Source: Camelus ferus (taxonomy: Eukaryota). Taken from it: DNA of 64,000 nt. The number at the start of each line of letters is the position of its first letter. The stretch's first letter is position 1. Made by a program: the position numbers and the translations under genes. The notes below the pieces were generated by a model. The model made no database searches, was not told the origin of the DNA, and saw nothing but the letters and a program-made list of their open reading frames with translations. Positions 1 through 13,760 of this stretch are shown here, one piece after another. Location of the stretch: the NCBI RefSeq assembly GCF_009834535.1, contig NC_045697.1, positions 53,074,001 through 53,138,000 on the forward strand, written 5' to 3'.

Positions 1-7
1 ATCAGGG

Positions 8-13
8 TTTATT
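8..13 (-). terminator. Candidate polyadenylation signal (AATAAA) for MUC7
   Basis: TTTATT on the plus strand about 930 nt downstream of the MUC7 stop codon. Use of this site is not demonstrated. Confidence 0.4.
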
Positions 14-939
14 TTCAGAGACAACTTTGTAAACAAGACAACAGGGCAGTAGTTTGGGATGGTTTGCTTTAAAACACATTGAAATGTATAGATAAAAGTT
101 TTAGAAAATATTCACTCTTGATATATTCCACATTGTGAATTAAATTAATAGTAAGTTGAATTAATTGAATTAATAGTAAAATATTATGAGCACCATGTGA
201 ACATACAAAAAGTCTTCTGTGGTTTACAAAAGCTAGAATCAAGCACATCAGATCTTAACTTAGATTATAATACAATAAATGTCTATTAAGAGCTCTAAAC
301 AGTTACATGCTCTCAAAAAAGTAGTGTCCAGAGTCCTGGTTTGTGCTTGGCTGCCAGATTTCATTTTCAGTCACTTCAAATCTTCACTTGATACCAACTT
401 TCCCCTTTCTTGGCTCACATTTTGTGGCATGCAATTTCATTTAAAGTTTTGAGATGATTTAAAGATCTTTGTTACTAATCAGTAATGCAGTAATACAGAA
501 AGGTCAGTCTATTGATAGATGTTTTTGTTCATTTGAAGAAACCTAATTTTAACCCTTTATATTTGTGGGATTAGGTAATTCAGGTGTACTAGGGGTAAAA
601 TGTAGTCACCTTAGAGTTTCCAACATTTAGGGAAAATAAATGGTTGCTGATCCAGTTTTCTTTCTTTATCTAATGGCTTTCTCTTCCCTCAGTGATCTAT
701 CTCTGTAGGTTCCATAAAGTGATCTTAAATCATGGTCAGGCACCTGATCTGTGGGATAGAGGTGATTTTTCTTGTTAATAGGTCATGTGAGGTGAATAGT
801 TAGATTCCAAGATTAGTGATAGTGCTTTAAATTCGAGTAATATTATGACTTCACTTTGAGATTGGTGGCAAAAGTAAAGTGATAGCTCTGTACTCATAAA
901 TCATATCTAATGACAGAACACTTCACAATGTATGATGTA

Positions 940-1659
940 CTAGTTCTTTGTTGCAATATTAAAAATTTGCTCCCACAGCTTACTAAGAGTTAAGAAGAAT
1001 TCAGAAAATGTTTTTTTAACAGCAGATGAAGTTGTATCTTCAGCAGTAGTAATTTTATTAGGATCTAGAGCAGTAGTTTGGGTTGTGGGTGCAGCTGTAG
1101 TTTTGGGAATTTCAGGTGTGACTGTGGTTGGGGAAGGAGTAGGTGTGGTGTTTGGGGCAGCTGTGGTCTCCTCTGGAACTGGGGCGATTGGTGTAGTTGG
1201 GGAAGCTGTAGGTGGGACAGCTGTGTCTTCTGGTGAAGCTGGGGAATGTGGTGTTGCTACAGCTGCAGAAGAGCCTGTAGGGCTGTTATCGTCTCTTGCA
1301 AATGTGGTGGGAGTCTTCTGAGCAGGAGAGGTCACACTTGAAGGGGGACTAATTTTGGTAGGTAGGGGAGTCACAGGTGGGATTTGGGTAGTAGCCTCTG
1401 AGGTATTATTGTTGACCACAGTGTTGTTTTTAATGGGAGAGTTGGGTGGCAAGGAAGGTTTTGGCCTTGTGGGGTTTCTCCCTCTTGGCTTTCGAATCTT
1501 TCGGCGTCTGGATTGACTAAAAGGGGACTGCTTTTGAATGAATGGATTCCAGTAAGGTGGTAATTTGGGATAAAATGGCAATCCATGGTCTACTATATAC
1601 AGACGGAGATTATTCTTTTTGTGAAGTATTTCTCGTTGCTGTTTTTGACCTTCACTGAG
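940..1659 (-). CDS. MUC7: Mucin-7, last coding exon (239 aa + stop)
   Basis: Acceptor tttttcttttctacag|CTC AGT GAA GGT (LSEG..., human FSEG...). The frame is open to TAG at 940-942. The segment PIKNNTVVNNNTSEATTQIPPVT...SPASPEDTAVPPTASPTT...ETTAAP follows human MUC7 as recalled. Confidence 0.93.
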   Translation of the reverse strand, partial: LSEGQKQQREILHKKNNLRLYIVDHGLPFYPKLPPYWNPFIQKQSPFSQSRRRKIRKPRGRNPTRPKPSLPPNSPIKNNTVVNNNTSEATTQIPPVTPLPTKISPPSSVTSPAQKTPTTFARDDNSPTGSSAAVATPHSPASPEDTAVPPTASPTTPIAPVPEETTAAPNTTPTPSPTTVTPEIPKTTAAPTTQTTALDPNKITTAEDTTSSAVKKTFSEFFLTLSKLWEQIFNIATKN

Positions 1660-4600
1660 CTGTAGAAAAGAAAAAGTACAGGAGCTGAAAACATCCATTT
1701 ATTTATTAACTATGGGATTATTGCTGAGTGTGAAATGAGCAGTATTTGTGGAATTTTGGGATTGGAAACAAGATTTTAGTGGATTGAGTGGTTATCCTTC
1801 CAATTTCACCAAATCTGAATAATGACTTGCTATTAGAGTTTCATTTTATCAAATAGTTAATCTCCTGGTTAGCTAGGATGAATGTACTCCTGTGGGCTCA
1901 AGCCTGGAAGATCAGCTAGGTCTGCCCTTTTGTGCTTGCAGTTTCTCACTTTTTCTTCTGGTAGAAAATGGTCAAGTTACTGCCTGAGGCTTGAGTAAAA
2001 AGTCTACCTGCTTGCTGCACTGTTTTAGTGAAAGCTTTGTCAAAGGCATTCAACTGAGATCTAAGGAGTCCTTTCTGAATCACACCCCTCATATCCATCA
2101 TCCTTAGAAAAATAAAACAAAACAAACAACAAAAACCCAGACAATCAACTTAACAAACCAAAGCACATCTCAGCTTCATATCTTCCATATCAGAAAAAGC
2201 CTAGTTTTTAGCTTTTTTACATTGGAGAAAGGACTCTGACTATTACCCTTTAACTTTATTATTAAAAAATTAGGATTACAGAAACTCAAGGGGTTCATGA
2301 ATCCTATGATATTGTAGAAAATTTTGCATGTTTATGTGTTTTCTCTGGATGGAGGCCCCTTTATGAATTTTTAAAGGTGTTCACATCTGCAAAGAACACT
2401 GATCTAGTCCAACTGTACATCTGGTACTTAATCTTTTCCCAATATACTTTATGAATGACTTTCCAGCCTATGCTTGACAATGTCTTCTGATTGAGAACTC
2501 ACTACCACATCTCCCAGGGTAGCCTGGTCGAGTTCTTCTTGATACTGAATAGAAGTTTGTTTCTTGGGATTTCCATTCGTAACTGAAGAGAGATTTATTT
2601 CTTCAGATTTTCATTTTTGGTCTTAATTCTATTCTTTGGCAGTACATAGATCCTGGAGCCCTTCAAAATTGGAAAATACCTACCATGCCATCTGAATCTT
2701 ATATTCTTCAAGGTTAACATTCTTAGTTCCTTTAGCCATTACTTACATTATTTAAGTTAGAATACCATCACTGTTTCAATTTCTTATCTCTAAACATTCT
2801 GCAATTTATCTATATTCCTCTTTTCCTTCCTATTCCATCTCATACTAGAATTTTATACTATCAATGGTATTAATTTAAATTGGAGAAAATAAATATTATC
2901 TTAAGGATAAAGGGGTCACAGCCAAGAGTTCCAACCAAATTATGTTACATATTTTCCTCCTGACAATTTCCACACAAATCCTTTTTAGACCACCAAATAG
3001 ATAAATCACTCTAGTCCCATATTGTACAACTGTCTTCAGAGATAGAGTTTAGTGCAGGTAAAGTGACTGACTGCTTGTGAGAAACTAGCAGAGTTGTTCA
3101 GCTAAGATAATTCCTCAGAGACTAATATACCCAGCCTCAAAAATAACCTTGAAAAGTATTAATTGTTTTAAAAAATTATCCAAGGAATTTCAATTCTGAG
3201 AACATCTATAAGTTAAAATAATGGCTTCTGATCCACATAACTTTGATGTTTTTGCATAGATATTTCTCAAAAGGCCACAGAATTCCGGAATCTATAACTG
3301 ATCCCAGGATGCACCTCCACTCAATGGAATCTCTCAGAAGATCCTCTTCATTAGAGGGCAGTGGTTTTCTAACATAAAATAAGCAGATTACATTGTTCAA
3401 GCAGCTCTTTCCCTGGAGATTAAATATGCAATCCAGATAATTACAATACTGCTCTGCTTGAAGCAGGATTGAGGGCCCCATATTCCACCAGCTCAGTCTC
3501 CTCCTTTCCACATGGTCTCTGAGGATGCTGTGAAGAACTCCCAGATATTAGAGGAACATGTTTGAAACACACAGCATCCTACTGTCAGTGGAGGTTTGGG
3601 TCTGTCCAGTGTCTGCCATTAAATAATTGAGTGTTTTGGGGCAAATCACGTAATTTTGCTGCATCTTAGTTTACTAATTTATGGAGTGATTCAGATTAAA
3701 TTAAATTCCAGATCCAATGTCTAATTCTATGACTTCTATGCTTTGAAATAATTATGTTATTCATTCCCTTAATCAGATAATCAGCTTCATGAGGACAGGG
3801 ATTTTGTTTTGTTAATTTTTGTATGCCATTACCTAGAACAATGCCTTGGCACCCATTAGATATTTATTGAATCAACAAACACATGGAATTGATAATAAAG
3901 AAACTAATTTCTCATTGTGTAAAATCGTAACATTAAAAAGTGTTTAAAAAGTGTTAATAGGATGTTAAAAAGTTCCAGCTATTTTAATTTATTTGACAAA
4001 AATAATGTCTATGACATTTTCACATGAAGGCAAGTTAATTAAATCCTATTAGATTTTAATGTTAGCTTAGCATAGAACCTGCAGCAGATGACCAGTTTGA
4101 CTAGTTTACTTAAAATATATTGACTGATTATTATGATTAGCAGTTATAGATGGCTTTAATAGCCATCTATTAAAGATGAACTTGTTGACTGGGACTGGGT
4201 TTAGGGGAGCTTGAGAAGGGGAGGAGTTGAAAATACCTCTAAAGGTTTGAGCTCAGATGATTGAAGTACGGAAGTACATATAGTAAATATAGATAAACCA
4301 AGAAAAGCAGTTTAAAGATATTCTCATTTGCCTGTTCATATCCATTATTTATTTTTCAAAAAAAATCCTTATATAGCACTTTGTGTCTGGCCCTATTCTA
4401 AGTGGTTTACAATATGAATTTATCAATTCCCTAATAACACCATAAGGTGAGTACTCTTATTTTTCTCATTATAAAGATGAGAAAACTGAGTCCCAGAGAG
4501 ATTAAGTAACTTTTAGAAGAATGTCTCTCCATACACAAATCACACTTTGAGGGGAGAGGAGAGGGAGAAGAGGTGAGCAGCCAGGGGAGAACTGACTGGT

Positions 4601-6269
4601 CACAGGGACAGGTGGATGGGAGAGTGGACTGGAGTCAAGGAAGGGGGAGAGGAGAGTGGGCTGGAGTAGGGAAAGGAGCAGAGAGGAAGTGCAGTCAGGG
4701 ACAGGGAGGGCAGAGAGGCACAGGACACCTGGAGCAAGAAAGGAGGGTTCAGAGGAAGCAGAAGATTCCTAAAATCACTAGAGGAATGCCAAATTTGGGG
4801 AGTTGGAGAAGGAGGGAAAAATGGGCCATGAAAGAAACAGAGAAATAGGAAGAGAACTAGAAGGGTGCAAAGTCAGATAGGCACTTTTTTGAAATTAGAA
4901 AGCACACTGAACGTCTTAATTTTTGATTACTAGTCTATCTTTATGACCATTTGGAAACCAGTAATCCTTCTCCAAAGAGGAACAGAATAGCATATTTAAG
5001 TAATGTTATATTTAACAGAGCTCCTCATCTGACTCCGGAATACACCTCCTCAATCTTTTGGGGGGAGCATCTGAAAGACAGAGGCCAGATTATCTGCTCC
5101 CTGAAATCACTCCACAAAAGCAGAGTAGGTTGTTGCCAGGACTCCAGGACTGGTCTTTTCTTACTGTGGGTTGGTGCCTCCCTCTGGTACATTTCGTGCT
5201 TTCTAAGGACCAGGTCAAGGTATTGCTGTGCTACCTCCTCATATTCAAGTTCTTTGGAAATTCTCTCTCTCACTAGAAGGGTTTTGAGAATTGGGCGGTG
5301 TAGAGAGTTTCCAGTTTATCCTGTACAGGTGGAAGAGTTGATTCTTTGGTGCCTGGATTTGTAGGAAGTACCAGGAAGGGCTTCCCCCAAATAACAACAC
5401 AGCTTTAGCCATTCCACCATTACACAATGATTTATGTTGCTTGGAATGCCATTTCTTGTAATCTAGAGGTGTTTGGTAACCAGGGGTTTCTTGTTAAAAT
5501 TTAACTTGTTAAAATTTAACTTATTAAAATGTTAATATCACCATGCATATTCAGACCATAAATCCTTATCAACTAGTATGTAAATAGAGATTATAACAAT
5601 CTTACAGTCATAATATTTACATCTATACTATGCTTTACAATTAATAAATGCATGTGTTCTCTTTTACTCTTCAACAGCCTTGTGAAGCACATACTGTTAT
5701 TACTATTTTTACATAGGATAATTGGAGTCCTATAGGTAGACTGTAGCTAAGCATTCATCTGGATGTTCAGATGATGAATTAAGCCCATATCTCTGAGCCC
5801 CATTTGAGTGCACTTTCTGCCACAATCATAGAAATAAGCATTAGGGTCCAGCACCTAAGATGATATTTTTTGGTGATGTGGGGGATATTATGTGATAAGT
5901 GGGGAATATGAGAGTATCCAATAATAAATTCCATCCACCTTATCAGTTCTCCTATCCTATCTACTCTCTACAATCATAATATTCTGAGGCTATTTAGCTT
6001 TGTTCAATAAATCTATATTCTACTTCTCGACTCTTCCTTCAGTTTTGTTAAAATAAAAGTGAACAAATACATAGAAGTTTATAGCCTTCGAGACAAATAT
6101 GGTTATTTTTTTACACCATGTATCACTTTGAATCATTAATTTTAATCTTCCTTTCTCAGTAGACCCTAAATACCTTAAAGGTAGGATCCATTTTGTCATT
6201 TTTCTGGTGGTTTTGGAAACCACACTTTCCTGTACTTTTTTGTGGTTCCTTCATTTTCTCTATTTATAT

Positions 6270-6850
6270 TCAGACTTCCTGTGTTTTCTTTCTAGGTGAT
6301 CTTGTAAGGTCCTATGGCTTCAGATACATTCTAAATATAGACTTCACCCCTGGACTTCTTTCTGAACCCCAAACAATGTACATCAATTGCCTCTTGACAT
6401 CTCCTTGGAGAAGTCCAATAGCCATTTCAAATTTAAGATATCTAAAACAGAACACTTTTGTTCATGTCTTTCTTTTACCACACACTCAACCCAGCAGAAG
6501 TTATAGTAGACTTAATCACCAGAATAGATCTTAAATCCACCCTCATGTTTTGCTTTAATTGCTGACATTTAGTGCAAGTCACCACCATCTTTTATCTGGA
6601 CCACTGCTATAGCTTCTTGAGTGGTCTCTTTACCTCAACTTTTGTCCCCCCACAATCTGTTTTCTCCCTAGAACCCAGAGTCATGTCACTCCTCCGTTGA
6701 CATGAGAATCATCCCAAGACTTCTGGTATACTGATAATGGAATCCATATTCTATACCAATGAGACCCTACATGATTTTTCTTGTGTATCTCCACCTGATT
6801 GCATCACACCCATGATAAAGTTGGTGCTATACAAATATCAGTTAAATGAC
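6270..6850 (+). mobile_element. Degenerate L2 LINE fragment
   Basis: L2-like motifs such as 'caattgcctcttgacatctccttggag...catttcaaatttaa' and 'ctggaccactgctatagcttcttgagtggtctc'. Boundaries approximate. Confidence 0.55.
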
Positions 6851-7028
6851 CCAAATCATTTTCCTGTATTTTAAGTATTTGTTGTCCTATGTTTCAGCCA
6901 AAACAAAAGATGCCAAGCTTCTTGGAAACAGGAATTGTATGTTGTACGTTTGAAGTCTCACTTAGCTATATACACCAAATGTTACTGATCTACAAGAAAG
7001 AATAAAAGTTATTTGGGTGGATACTTAC

Positions 7029-7082
7029 TGAGAAGCAAGCACTCAGTGCACAGATGCACAACAGCAGTGGCAGAGTTTTCAT
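7029..7082 (-). CDS. MUC7: MUC7 signal-peptide exon (MKTLPLLLCICALSACFS); whole exon 7029-7098
   Basis: Acceptor ttttcccag|GAG at 7098, ATG at 7082 and donor TCA|gtaagta. The 54 coding nt join in phase 0 to 1659. Nearly identical to the human MUC7 signal peptide MKTLPLFVCICALSACFS. Confidence 0.95.
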
Positions 7083-8496
7083 TTTTTTCTGTTGGCTCCT
7101 GGGAAAAGCAGAAAAATGGCTCACTATTTAATGATGATACTGTGGGAGAGTGATGCATTTTTTTTGGTAAATGATTTATTTTTGTTAGAAAGTATAGTTT
7201 GAAAGAGACTAACGGTTCCTGAAAATTATGTATATATTTTCACTTCATAATGGTGCGGCAAAATTGCTTCAGGCTAAAACACATTCTTTTGGAGAGAAAG
7301 CAATGGAGGATGGTCAAGAATTATTCTTGTAACTCGTTTGTAGCATGAGCATTCACCAGTGATATTAAAGATTGCCTAGGAAGGGCAGGATCTTAGGAAG
7401 TTTAGCAATAAGAGAAGGAAATAACTTTCTTCTTATTTCTATTCAGGTTCTAGAAGCCTCCCTACTTGGTAGACTATCATACAAACTACCTGATGTTTAC
7501 TGAACATGATTTTGTAAATGTTCCATGATGTTTTTTTTAAGCAAAGAAAGGTATTCCTTGTCTCTATGTTAGAAGGCTGTTACTTAGGACAAAGAATCAA
7601 ATGGACTCTTTCCCAAATTTCATTCTACTGAAGATTTTACCATTTGGTCCCCCTTTTCTAAATCCTTAAATGATAGGAATTATATTTTATTCATTTTATA
7701 TCATCATGCTTAACATGCAGTGCAGATTTAATCAATATTAAAAAAAAACTGCCAAAAGACAATTGTATTTTTGGCTACAGATTGTAGGAGGGGAGAGTAA
7801 GGGAAGGGCATTTTATTCTTTTTTTCTTCTTATTTTGATCATGTATACAGTATATACATCTCAGCTTGACTTTAGAAAACAAAATAATGGTTAAATATTT
7901 ATGTAGATGGAGTAGTTATTAGGGCAAGTATATTAGGGTACACATGTCAGTGTGGTGTGCTATCAGATCAGATACGCTTCACAATATAGCCTGGTGGTTT
8001 ATCAAACCAGAGGGTATTAGAGTCAATCATTCTTGATTTAAATCCCAACTCTGCCATTTACTGTGTGACTTTGAGTGAGTTGCAATCTTACATCTTAAGA
8101 TAGTCCTGAGGAGTGGCTGGAATAACATATATTACAGATTATACTGAGAACAATGTTTGGTCCATGATAAAGGCTCAGTGGTGGTTATTATAGTGCTAGT
8201 CTACTAAGAAGAAAGCCATCTGACCCAATTGGAGAAAGAAATTATTACTATTTTATCAGGCTCCTAATCCTGTCAGATTTTCTTCTTTTTATTTTCAAGA
8301 TTAAGAAATATTCCCCATTGATCATATTTTCTTCTAGTAACAAATGGGTTGAATCTGTTATCACGTAGTTTAGCAGTTCACAAGAACAGAGGAAAATAAC
8401 TGTATTAGAACTGCTACTATTATTTATGTATAGAACTTGAAAGCTGCTTAGCTGACATTTGAATATATTAGCCCCCAGTCTAAGATATCCATATAC

Positions 8497-8588
8497 CTGG
8501 CCTGGTGTGCCTCTTTCTTCTTAGGATGTTGGATCCAATTGATTGCCTTCAGCTGATCCTTTTAGGGTGGTATGGAAGCAAAGAAAGA
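8497..8588 (-). other. MUC7: MUC7 non-coding exon 1 (5' end approximate)
   Basis: Donor CCAG|gtatat at 8497 with a TATA box about 25-30 nt upstream of the inferred start. The sequence CCTAAGAAGAAAGA...CACACCAG resembles the MUC7 5' UTR as recalled. Confidence 0.7.
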
Positions 8589-8611
8589 GAAAGCACAAGA
8601 GAGTTTTCCAG

Positions 8612-8618
8612 TTTTATA
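8612..8618 (-). promoter_or_regulatory. TATA box (TATAAAA) of MUC7
   Basis: Perfect consensus in the expected position upstream of exon 1. Confidence 0.7.
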
Positions 8619-9040
8619 TCTCTCCAGTTGAGTTTTATGGAAATAGGAAATGTATTGGATTTAGGATAAGGTTACTTCTGACAAGGAATTTGATTTCAAA
8701 GACGAAGAAAGGATACATGTAATTTGCTGAGGTTGACAGTAGTCCTTTGTGCATCAGTTTCTTCCTGATAAACATGGTGACAATAAGAGGTTCTGAATGA
8801 ACAGTTGATCTGATTGATAAGAAGCGTGATAATGATTGATGACACTTAAAGCTACTTTAACAACCATGGCCCAGGTCTTCCAAGGAGGAACAAATCTTCC
8901 ATCCTTTCCTGTTGGCTTCTTAAATTAAGCAGAGGGATTGCCCTCTGACATTTCATGTGATAGAGCACCATTTTTCCTCCATCAAGAAATACAATTTAGC
9001 AAAGGGTAGAGAATTTAAAAAAATAACACGATGCTACATA

Positions 9041-9255
9041 TAGTTGACCCTTGAACAGCTCGGGTTAGGGACACCAAACTGCACAGTTGGAAATCTGCGT
9101 ATAACTTTACAGTGGGCCCTCTGTATCCTTCAGTTCTGCGTCCACAGATTCAACCAACCACATATCACGTAGTACTATAGTGTAGTATTTATTAAAAACA
9201 ATCCCCCTGTCAGTGGACGCAAGCAGTTCAAACCCATGTTGTTCAAGGTCAGCTG
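9041..9255. mobile_element. TcMar-Tigger MITE (MER8/Tigger2-like)
   Basis: Terminal inverted repeats agttgacccttgaaca ... tgttcaaggtcagctg, flanked by TA on both sides (9039-9040, 9256-9257). Confidence 0.75.
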
Positions 9256-11449
9256 TACTGGTGAAAGGAAATTACTTCAGAGCTGAAAGAGAAACATTGA
9301 GTTTTTTTTAACATGAGTAATTTAAAAAAATTGATTTTTTTAAATTTTGAAAAATGTTCAAACACACAGAAAAGTGAGAAGAGTAGTATAATGCACAACT
9401 ATACATCCACTCCCTAGATTTCTTAGTGGTTAACATTTTGCTAGAGATGCTTAATCAGTTGCTTTGCTGAAATATTTTAAGGTAAATTACAGAAACCATG
9501 ATAGCTAATCTATAAATATTTCAGTATTTATCTCTAAAAAGCCTTCTTTTATAACACAACACAACAACATATAGCAACATTAATAAATCACACATATAAT
9601 CTAAAACTCAGTCCACATTCAAATTCCCAAATTTTGCCAAAAGTATTTTTAATTTTTCTAACCAAGACTCAAATAAAACCATGTATTACAAATACTTGTG
9701 TCTCTAGTTTCTTTCATTCTCCTCTCTCCCATTATATTGATATCTTGATTGATGTAGACCAGTCATTGTATGAATATTTATTTTTAGAAAGAAATTTAAA
9801 AATGATTTTTATCAAAGTTTTGAAAATTAGATATTTCTACTGTATGAAATCTTCAAACTGGAATACAATTTTGAAGCTGCAATTCTGTTTCTAGTCCGTC
9901 AATTTGTTCTTTTTCACATTTGGTCTCTCAGGGCAGGTTCAGAAGTTGCATTGTTTGGTTTGATTCCTAGCTTCTCTACTTACTAGCAATGTAACATTTT
10001 GCAAGTTATCTAATTTCGTTAAGACTCACTTCTATCTGCAAAACAGAGAAGGCATATATCTTACAAAATTGTGAGAAAATTTTAGATAATTTAGAGTCTG
10101 ATATGGCACTCTGAAACTGTATACCTTCAGCTATCAAATTGCCATCAGTGGGAAGTAGGTGTAGTTTTTGACATAACACTGAGTTAATGCATATGAATTA
10201 TAATATCAATTTCTTTCCCTCTCTTTTGATAGGAAGCAGTGATATGTACTTATGTTTGTTATTGTCAAAATTCACTGTGGAGTAGAATTTTTATTGATGT
10301 GAAACAAGTTTTCTGAGTCCATGACTTCATCAGAACAACTGTCAAATCACCTTGCGTTGATGATTTCTAATGACCTGAAAAAGTTAATAGAACTTCAAGA
10401 AATGTCTAATTATTTCCAGTCTTGATTAATACCTGAGGTAACAGATTCAATTTTCTTTAATAATGGAAAAGCATAAAAATAAATGAACATGTTATAATTT
10501 AATCCAGGGTCTTTCAGGTTTCATTTTTCAATAAATCATGAGTATTGTTTAGTCTTTCAATGTTCATGCAGTGTTGGAGCCACTTGGTATTTTAGGAGCT
10601 CATGAATAGCAGCATATGTCAATTATATAAGATTTTGGAAATAACTCCAGTAAATTACCAGTCTATAGATTATAAGTCTCCATTATGTCCTATTTTAAAT
10701 TAGCACTGAGTGCTTTGATGTGCTATGTAACATGGTAACCTCATATTATTCTGCCCCTTGAGTTTCGCTCTTCTGAAATAGAAAAACTACAGCTGGTTTT
10801 CTGCTTCTCACTACACGCTCACTTCCACACCAAAATGCTTCATAGTCACAGGGGAAAAAGAGCTTCTTATCTGATTCAATCAGGGCCAGATGCTGAAAAG
10901 TCCATTAAAGTAGAATTCACAGTAGAAGGCTTTTTACCAACCTTCTTTTTTCCCTGACCCTAAGCCCCATGGCCTTTTCAGGCTATTTATACCTTCTAAA
11001 TCCTTTGTGAATCATAATTAGAATATGTAGAACATCTGTTATTTTAAGCAGTGGATTAAGACAAGCTTTTATTGTATCAACATTATTTTAGGATTTGTTT
11101 TTGTTGTTTGAAATGTATCTTCTATTTTTACTAAAATTGACAGTTGAGTTTCTTTAGAGTTTTGAGAAAGTCTTTGCAGGATGGGAGAGACTATGGAATC
11201 CACTTCCAGATTTAGAGAAATAATCTGGAGTTAGGAGCAAAAGAATTTGGTAATGGCATAATGAAAGGCTGGCCTGAAAAGTAGTAGAGAGCGATGTCTC
11301 AGCTTTGGCTAGTCTTGGCAGGAACTATATAATCCAATTTACACCTATATATGCAAGAAAAAAGAAAAGAATGTTACGTGCTTCTTTAGTTTTTGATTTA
11401 CTACTACTACCTGTTTTATCTATATGATCACTCCTAATTTTGTTGTTGT

Positions 11450-11602
11450 TGTTTTTTAATACATATTTTTATTGAAGTATAGTCAGTTTACAACGTTGTG
11501 TCAATTTCTGGTGTGCAGCATAATTCTTCAGTCATACATGAACATACATATATTCGTTTTCATATTCTTTTTCACCATAAGTTACTAAAAGATATTGAAT
11601 AA
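11450..11602 (-). mobile_element. Short L1 3'-end fragment
   Basis: T-rich tail followed by tttattgaagtatagtcagtttacaacgttgtgtcaatttctggtg, the same 3' UTR type as at 46975. Confidence 0.75.
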
Positions 11603-13559
11603 ACACGTTTATACTCCTCATGTCTTAAATGTGCCTAAATCCTTTTCATTTTCAAAATATTTTCATATAATTCATAATTAACAATAATTTAGAACAATTA
11701 TTAGACTTAAACAGAGTGCTCTGGAAATCTGAGGGGGCATTCATTTTGCTTAACAGAACAAGGCCAGTGGACTAACAATGGATAATGGTGACATTGAAAT
11801 CTTCTTAATACTGCTTTCTCTAAGTCTGTTTATTAGGGGAAGGTTAGGATAAATAGTTTGTACCTTCCAGTAAAACGCTTCATTTGGTATTTTCCATTTC
11901 TCCCACTTAAGTTGGCTTGTCAATCTTTGTCGTGACTATACCTTTTGTATCAGCTATGTACCTTTGGCTTTAGTTTTCTAAAACCAACCCTTTTAGCCTG
12001 GAGATCTTTTTTTTTTTCTTTCTTCTTTTCTTGATTTCAAGATTTCATTTTGATTATTTCCTTCTGGTTGGTTCAGCAAAACCCAAGCTAAATCATTCCA
12101 TCGAGTAAGGCTCTTCCTCATTGAGAGAAATAACAATTACTTTTGTTTGCCTCTGAAGTTTTAGATATAATTTGAAGATGGGATTTTGTACTGGAATAAG
12201 AGAAAAAGACACCAGCTAAAAAGGTCTTGGGCGTAAAGGACAGGGAGAGAAACATGTCATTCTGTAGGGGATAGTCGGATCTGTGGGCATTCACAGTAAA
12301 AATGGGGGAGGTGATTCTTGGCATCTATCCATGGTTAGGTCTCCCCATAAAAGAATTGCTCAGGTTGAGTTTTCAAGTGGAGTAACAGCATTTGTATTCA
12401 ATACCTTATCATTTTAATGCATATAAGTAATACAAAGAGAAGTAGCTGAGGTGGCAGTGACCTCTCTGGAGTTTTCCTGAATCCTGTAAATTTTTGTAAA
12501 AGATAGAGTCTCACTTTCTGAACACAAGAAGAAGATCAGTTGATGTCTTTAATGAAAAGGCTTTTTAAAATATGATATAGTCTTCTAAAATACTTGCTTG
12601 AAAACTTTTTTTTTCTTTAAATGTCAGTGTTTTTCCAGGAAAGTATAAAAAACTTAACTGAAATGTTATGAAATACGTTGAAATGTTTGTAATTTAACTT
12701 CTGTGTTTTAAAATATTAAAACAAATCTGATCCTTTGTCTAAACAATTGCTGAGAAAAAGTTGTTCTTAAATTCCGCCTGCTGTAAGAGACAGATTAGGT
12801 AAACATTAATACTGCTTTCCAATGAAAACAAAACAGATATCTAATTAAAGAGATAGATAGTCACTTGGCAAGTTGCGTGGAAATAACCAGAGATCTATCA
12901 TTTTTCTTTTTTGTGTGTGTTCTAAATAAGGAAAGGAAGCAAAAGAAGAGCTGTAAATGTGGAGAAATCTTTTTTCTGATTAGCTGAGCATAATCAAAAA
13001 AGGAAAGATATTGGCAAAGGTGAAGTCAGCTTGCAATGATTTTTGAAATGGTTTCCCTGCAGTTGTAGAAAGATGGACTCTACTGTGTCTCAGGAAGGAA
13101 TTTGTACTCCAAGTAAAGAGAATGAATAATAAAGTAGGTCTAATTGAGTCTATGAAAGTTGTTGAATGAAATGTGTATTGTAATTTAAGCAATTTACTAC
13201 TAGAACAGGGCTTGGGAAACCACAGCATGCAAGCCTAACTTGGCTTGGTTTTGTACCCAGCAAATGAAGAATGATTTTTACATTTTTAAAGGATTGTAAA
13301 ACAGACAAACAAACAAACAAACAACAACAAATAGCCATAAATCCTGAAATAATTACTATCTGGCTCATTACAATAAAAGTATGCTGATCTTTTTTTTTAA
13401 TTAGAGAAAAAATTTAAAGAAAATCTATCTCACTATTTAATGTTTGGGTTTGCCTATTTAAAAAAAGTCCTTTAAAAATGAAAACAGGAATATTTTCTGG
13501 AAACATTTGTATTTCTGCAGTGATTGGTATACTATTGAGCTGTATATTCAATTGTCTGG

Positions 13560-13760
13560 TCTCCATTCTCTGAATTACTAGTTGTATGACCTTATATAAA
13601 TTATTCAACTCTTCTGAGATTTAGTTTCCTCATTAGTAATGTATGTACATGATTATGGGATCCAGCTCATGGGGTTTTGTGAAGATTAAATGTGTTAATA
13701 AGTGCTACATGTTTAGCAGTATCTGGCACAAAGTAAATACCCAAGAAGTATTAGCTGTTA
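13560..13760 (+). mobile_element. MIR SINE
   Basis: MIR core-like sequence 'tgaccttatataaattattcaactcttctgagatttagtttcctcat...gtgaagattaaatg...tctggcacaaagtaaatacc'. Confidence 0.6.

Noticed and set aside
4951..5430. Cluster of overlapping ORFs in MUC7 intron 2
   Set aside because: No recognisable protein, no convincing splice sites, and frames are interrupted. Probably an old repeat-derived segment that I could not classify.
5490..5530. Short 15-bp tandem repeat (ttgttaaaatttaac), and simple repeats at ~20640, ~42900, ~44180 and poly-C at ~15570
   Set aside because: Ordinary slippage-derived simple repeats with no evidence of function.
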